From a virus, in IMG/VR virus record IMGVR_UViG_3300026518_000008, positions 29,164 through 93,163 of that record: a DNA stretch of 64,000 bases. One strand, 5' to 3'. Positions 59,992 to 64,000 of the stretch are shown piece by piece (position 1 is the first letter of the stretch; each line of letters starts with the position of its first letter). A program made the position numbers and the translations under genes. The notes under the pieces were generated by a model. The model made no database searches, was not told the origin of the DNA, and saw nothing but the letters and a program-made list of their open reading frames with translations.

Positions 59992-61707
59992 TTATCTTAT
60001 TATTGGATTTCTTTTTTTTGCTTTCACTTGAGTCATTTTTTCTATTGCTTGATCTATTGACATCAGTGGATTAATTTTCATTATAGCATCTATTGTTTTC
60101 TTTTCATCTTCTGTAGCATCTTCGTTGAGCCATTTTAGTCTTTGTTTTTGTGTCATCTTTGCTTTTTCTAGTTTAGCATTTTCTTGTGACATTTTACTAA
60201 ATATTCCTCCATACTGTCCACTATTTTTCATTTCTTCTATTTTTGGCATGTCTGGTACTATACTATTTATAAATTTCGCAATTTTTTCTTTCCCTGATGT
60301 ATGTTCTTCTTTCGGAACATCTCTGAATCCATCCAGAGAGAATGGATCTAGTGGCTTTGATATTGAATCTGGACTATTGTTTGTTACGTACTGTGCTTCA
60401 GTCGTATTTTTATTTGTTTCTGATGGATCATTATTTACATTACCGTCTTTTACTTCAGAACCAGGGATAGATGGGTTTTTCTTGCCTGTTGATGAGTTTG
60501 TTAGTATAGACATTAGTTCATCATATGCTTCTTGCTTTGGAGTCTTTCTTGTTGCATATTTTGCATTTACTGCCTTTATTGCTTTTCCTCTTTTTTTCAG
60601 CAGACTGGACAGCTTATTTTCTTGACTAGATACATTTCCTGGTATTATTTTCACACCAGTTTTTGATCTTGCTTGATACCCGTTATTTTTTAGTGTATTG
60701 ATATAGTTATTTTGATTTATCGCATCCCACTTTGCTTTTGCTTTACTGTCTGATGTATTGACATTATTTTCTTTGAACTTATCTAGTCTATCATTCATTA
60801 TATTTAGACCATCTGCTTTTGTTATCCAGCTACCATTGTCATTTTGTAGTGCATATTGGAATGCCTGATCTATCTGCTCTGGAGACCATTTTTGTTTCAC
60901 AGCTAGATTATTTATTTTATCAGATACTTCATTATATCCAATACCTGACCAGTCAGTTGTTTTTGATAGTATACCCTTCCATTTTTGATCTAGTAGTTTT
61001 CTGTCTATATCTGGGTTTCCAGTGTATCGTATTGATTTTCCAGCACCTTTTCCGTTTCCACTACTTTTTGCTGCATATGATGTAGATTTCAGAGCTTTAT
61101 CTGTTACTGAACCTTTGTTTATCAGAGATGCTTGTTTATTTGTTATATAATCTATATTTTCTAGCTCTGTTTTTTGTTGAGCAGCTAGGAGTGCCTTTCT
61201 GTTTGCATCTTTTATTACAGCAGCATCGTATCCTGTTTTTGCTAGAGTATATGCATCTTTATTTCCAGAGTTTAGAGCAGCAGTGAGTTTATACGCAGAG
61301 GATTGCAGATCATTTTCGTTCGTTAGTGCATCTAGCTTTCCACTTTTTAGTATTGCGTTTCCTAGTCCTGTCTCATCTACTTTTGGACCAGTTCCATTAT
61401 CACTAGATACTAGAGCAGCATTAATTGCATTTCCATACTGTTCAGCTTTTGAGTCAGCTCCTAGTAGTATATCTCTCACTTCTTGCTGATGTTTTTGTCT
61501 CAGCAGTTCTGGCTGGGCTAGACTCTTCTCTCTGTACGCTACATCTTCATCTCGTTTTTGTTGTGCTAGTGTAAATCTTTCTTTGTCTAGTCTTCTCGCA
61601 TCTATGTTTCTGAAACTATTCATTGCTGTTTGGAACATTATTGCAGGAGAATTATATGCATTTTGCACATTTGGTGCGTTAAAACTATATGGCTGATTTA
61701 TACTCAT
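59992..61707 (-). CDS. internal virion/ejection protein
   Basis: Cys-free, K/N/Q-rich 571 aa directly upstream of the vRNAP gene. Confidence 0.65.
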   Translation of the reverse strand: MSINQPYSFNAPNVQNAYNSPAIMFQTAMNSFRNIDARRLDKERFTLAQQKRDEDVAYREKSLAQPELLRQKHQQEVRDILLGADSKAEQYGNAINAALVSSDNGTGPKVDETGLGNAILKSGKLDALTNENDLQSSAYKLTAALNSGNKDAYTLAKTGYDAAVIKDANRKALLAAQQKTELENIDYITNKQASLINKGSVTDKALKSTSYAAKSSGNGKGAGKSIRYTGNPDIDRKLLDQKWKGILSKTTDWSGIGYNEVSDKINNLAVKQKWSPEQIDQAFQYALQNDNGSWITKADGLNIMNDRLDKFKENNVNTSDSKAKAKWDAINQNNYINTLKNNGYQARSKTGVKIIPGNVSSQENKLSSLLKKRGKAIKAVNAKYATRKTPKQEAYDELMSILTNSSTGKKNPSIPGSEVKDGNVNNDPSETNKNTTEAQYVTNNSPDSISKPLDPFSLDGFRDVPKEEHTSGKEKIAKFINSIVPDMPKIEEMKNSGQYGGIFSKMSQENAKLEKAKMTQKQRLKWLNEDATEDEKKTIDAIMKINPLMSIDQAIEKMTQVKAKKRNPIIR

Positions 61708-61722
61708 GTCTTTTCCTTTTGC

Positions 61723-62304
61723 TTATGCTTGTGCGAATGCAGCATTTGCTGCTTTTGATACTCTTTGTCTTCTTTTATATTCTGCATCGTTCATTGAATA
61801 CTGTTGTTCTAGATTTTTTCTTTGATCATCTGACGTTTTTTTGTTGCTATTTATCATTTGATTTGTGAAATACAGTCCACCAATTCCACTAGCTATGTCT
61901 ACTGCATTTCCTAGATTGTCCATTGAGAACATACTGCTTTTACCTCCACTATCTGTAGTTCCATCAGATAGAGACTTTCCTAGACCTTCAAGTTCTCCTT
62001 GGTTCATTCCGTTTACTGAATTTGCAAATTCAGGATTATTCATATAGTTATCAGATAACTCTTGTGTAGTCATTGCTCTTGAGCCGCCATAAAAATTCCC
62101 TACTGTAGCAACTGGATGACTTCCTCCAGATATAGATGGATTTGTACTAAAATATGATCTATCTGTATTGTATCCTTTATACTCACCATGTCTATCGTTT
62201 TGTGCAATAAAATAATCAGATATATCTTTATCACTATATCCTCTCATTTTCATATTATTAATCAAATCACTAGTTCCTGTGTTCGTATCATCTATGCTTT
62301 CCAT
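61723..62304 (-). CDS. small internal virion/pilot protein
   Basis: Cys-free; Gly-rich hydrophobic segment (LGNAVDIASGIGGLY) followed by a Q/N-rich helix. Confidence 0.6.
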   Translation of the reverse strand: MESIDDTNTGTSDLINNMKMRGYSDKDISDYFIAQNDRHGEYKGYNTDRSYFSTNPSISGGSHPVATVGNFYGGSRAMTTQELSDNYMNNPEFANSVNGMNQGELEGLGKSLSDGTTDSGGKSSMFSMDNLGNAVDIASGIGGLYFTNQMINSNKKTSDDQRKNLEQQYSMNDAEYKRRQRVSKAANAAFAQA

Positions 62305-62340
62305 ATCTTTTTCCTTTTCTATGCTAATTTTATTGCAGCC

Positions 62341-62352
62341 ATTATATCATAT
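62341..62352 (-). promoter_or_regulatory. extended -10 promoter
   Basis: Minus-strand ATATGATATAAT upstream of the gene starting at 62304. Confidence 0.55.
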
Positions 62353-62382
62353 TTTTACTTTATCCCTGGTTCTGGAGTATGG

Positions 62383-63996
62383 CTAGAAATACTTGTGTGT
62401 TGCTCCATCTATGAGACCTTGTGTCATGTTGTATGGTACTTGGTCCATCTTCTCATTTATTTCTAGGAAATTATATGATTCGAAATTCCATTTTGTAACT
62501 GCATATTTCATTGCAGTTGGCATCTTATCCATCATGAGCTTTTGTTGATTAACCTTTTCTTGCATCTCACTTACTTTTTTATTATTGCTTTGCATTTGTT
62601 GTTTAGCTACATAGTCATAGATTTTCGATGAATAGTTGATAGTAGTAGATACTAGCTCTAGCGTACTCATTTCTGCATATTTTTCTAGTATAGCATCTAC
62701 ACCTTTATCTACTAAATTGTTTAGGATTTCATTTAGTCCTAGGAATGCACCTACATACCCTACAATTGTTAGCATGTCTCCATACATTGCTGCTGCATTT
62801 GGATTACCATATTCTGCTTCATTATATGTTAAAACTCCGAGAGATATGCTTACAGCTAGAGCGAGATATGCATATGCTGCTGCAACTTCAGGAGAAGTAG
62901 CTCCATCTGATAGTACAGTTGCTATTATAGCTATGAATAACAACAATATTCCTAACACCTGTTTCCATGGAGCTACTGGAGTTTTTTCGTAGTCAGTACC
63001 AATCATTTTCCCTACTTCATCAGAAAATTTAACTCCATTATGGTTTATCTTAGTTGCTTGACTTATCACTGCAGGTAGGCTATCTAGATATGATTTTCTC
63101 ACATATTGATTTACTATTGTATATGAATCGCTCATCTCATCATCACCATATTCTCTTGATTGTACGAATTTTTTTGAGTCTATTATATCATTTGACACTA
63201 GAGAGTACACTTCATTTTTTTGTTTAGTTAGTGCATACTCGTAGTTTACTCTAGTTGTACCTCCATATCCATCATCTTCTGTAATTGTAACTGCTTTTTG
63301 ATTATTAGTTCTAGTCTCTATTGCAATTGACACATTATAGTTTGATTTGAGTGAGTAGTCTATCGTAAACGAGTACCATTGTCCATATTTATTTTTGTCC
63401 TTTAGTGTACCATCACTATTCATTATTGCACCACGACCATTTGCATTTATATTTATATCATAGATCTCTTCATCGACATCTAGTAATGCCAGCCACTGAT
63501 CGTTATACTTCATATCATAGTCTATCTTTTCTACATTTGTTGTGTTGAGTTTATTCTTCAGTATTGCTATCTGATCTTTTGATTCTATATTTCTGTACAG
63601 ATCTATATCTGTATCTTTGAATGTGAATATTCTTTTTTTTGTAGTTGAGTATCTATTTACTACCGTAGTTATTTCTGCTATTGACGCATCTTGATGTGTC
63701 TTCCATGGTACTATTTTGTACCATAGCTGACTAACTCCTTTTAGACCACCATTTTCACTTTTCGCATTTATTTTATCTACACTTACACCTATAAGTTTAT
63801 ATATTTTTTTTGCTTGATCTGTCTCTACAGCAGAGCCTTTTCCATTGCTACCATTCCAGAATACGAATATGCTCATTACTTCCACATCAGAACCAGTGGG
63901 GAGTCCAGTAGCATCAGTATCTGGTACTAACATTGTTGGCCATGTACGCATGAACTCACGCTTAAATTTATTACCTCTTTTGTACCTAGAGAGCAC
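62383..63996 (-). CDS. virion protein with transmembrane segments, probably truncated at the window edge
   Basis: Frame is open almost to the window end; several hydrophobic helices in the C-terminal third. Confidence 0.65.
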   Translation of the reverse strand: MLSRYKRGNKFKREFMRTWPTMLVPDTDATGLPTGSDVEVMSIFVFWNGSNGKGSAVETDQAKKIYKLIGVSVDKINAKSENGGLKGVSQLWYKIVPWKTHQDASIAEITTVVNRYSTTKKRIFTFKDTDIDLYRNIESKDQIAILKNKLNTTNVEKIDYDMKYNDQWLALLDVDEEIYDININANGRGAIMNSDGTLKDKNKYGQWYSFTIDYSLKSNYNVSIAIETRTNNQKAVTITEDDGYGGTTRVNYEYALTKQKNEVYSLVSNDIIDSKKFVQSREYGDDEMSDSYTIVNQYVRKSYLDSLPAVISQATKINHNGVKFSDEVGKMIGTDYEKTPVAPWKQVLGILLLFIAIIATVLSDGATSPEVAAAYAYLALAVSISLGVLTYNEAEYGNPNAAAMYGDMLTIVGYVGAFLGLNEILNNLVDKGVDAILEKYAEMSTLELVSTTINYSSKIYDYVAKQQMQSNNKKVSEMQEKVNQQKLMMDKMPTAMKYAVTKWNFESYNFLEINEKMDQVPYNMTQGLIDGATHKYF

Positions 63997-64000
63997 AGGA

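Larger units (their letters stand above)
295..63896. repeat. dispersed 9-bp motif CAGAACCAG (extended consensus about ACNTCAGAACCAGNG), at least 47 exact copies
   Basis: Counted by eye: 31 on the plus strand and 16 on the minus strand, plus many one-mismatch variants. Confidence 0.95.

Noticed and set aside
48482-62992. Many plus-strand ORFs (up to 233 aa, rich in F/L/S/I) opposite the virion genes
   Set aside because: They are antisense shadows of A-rich coding sequence, fully overlap long minus-strand genes and have no credible RBS or motifs
295-63896. CAGAACCAG as a stoperator-like repressor site, promoter or simple codon artefact
   Set aside because: It is mostly intragenic, occurs in both orientations regardless of transcription direction and in several reading frames, so none of these explanations fits; its function is left open
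1-64000. Genome-wide stop-codon reassignment
   Set aside because: Long conserved genes are intact in the standard code, and TAG, TGA and TAA all end tightly packed genes
1-64000. Prophage or integrative element
   Set aside because: No integrase, att-like boundary or host housekeeping genes are visible in the window

Overview
This is a 64-kb segment of a lytic dsDNA phage genome (roughly 35% GC by eye) with an N4-like (Schitoviridae-like) layout. A long rightward arm (about 3.9-48.4 kb) carries small early genes, a compact T7-type single-subunit RNA polymerase, ThyX, a cluster of tRNA-like elements, RtcB, rIIA/rIIB-like genes, PD-(D/E)XK nucleases, two intein-containing helicases, a helicase-primase, an AAA ATPase, SSB, a RusA-like resolvase, HU and NrdAB. 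It converges on a leftward arm (48.4-64 kb) of almost cysteine-free virion/ejection proteins, including a virion RNA polymerase that appears split into two genes. Four observations stand out. (1) A contiguous ThiF/E1-like, E2-like and JAB peptidase gene trio preceded by a 38-aa peptide ending Gly-Lys looks like a phage-encoded ubiquitin-like conjugation system. (2) In the tRNA cluster, 3' halves lie upstream of their complementary 5' halves (a permuted, daisy-chained arrangement) directly before an RtcB RNA ligase. (3) At least 47 exact copies of the asymmetric 9-mer CAGAACCAG are scattered through coding and non-coding DNA on both strands. (4) Each half of the split virion RNA polymerase has one cysteine, and both lie at the split junction. 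All calls come from motif reading by eye; no database searches or folding programs were run.
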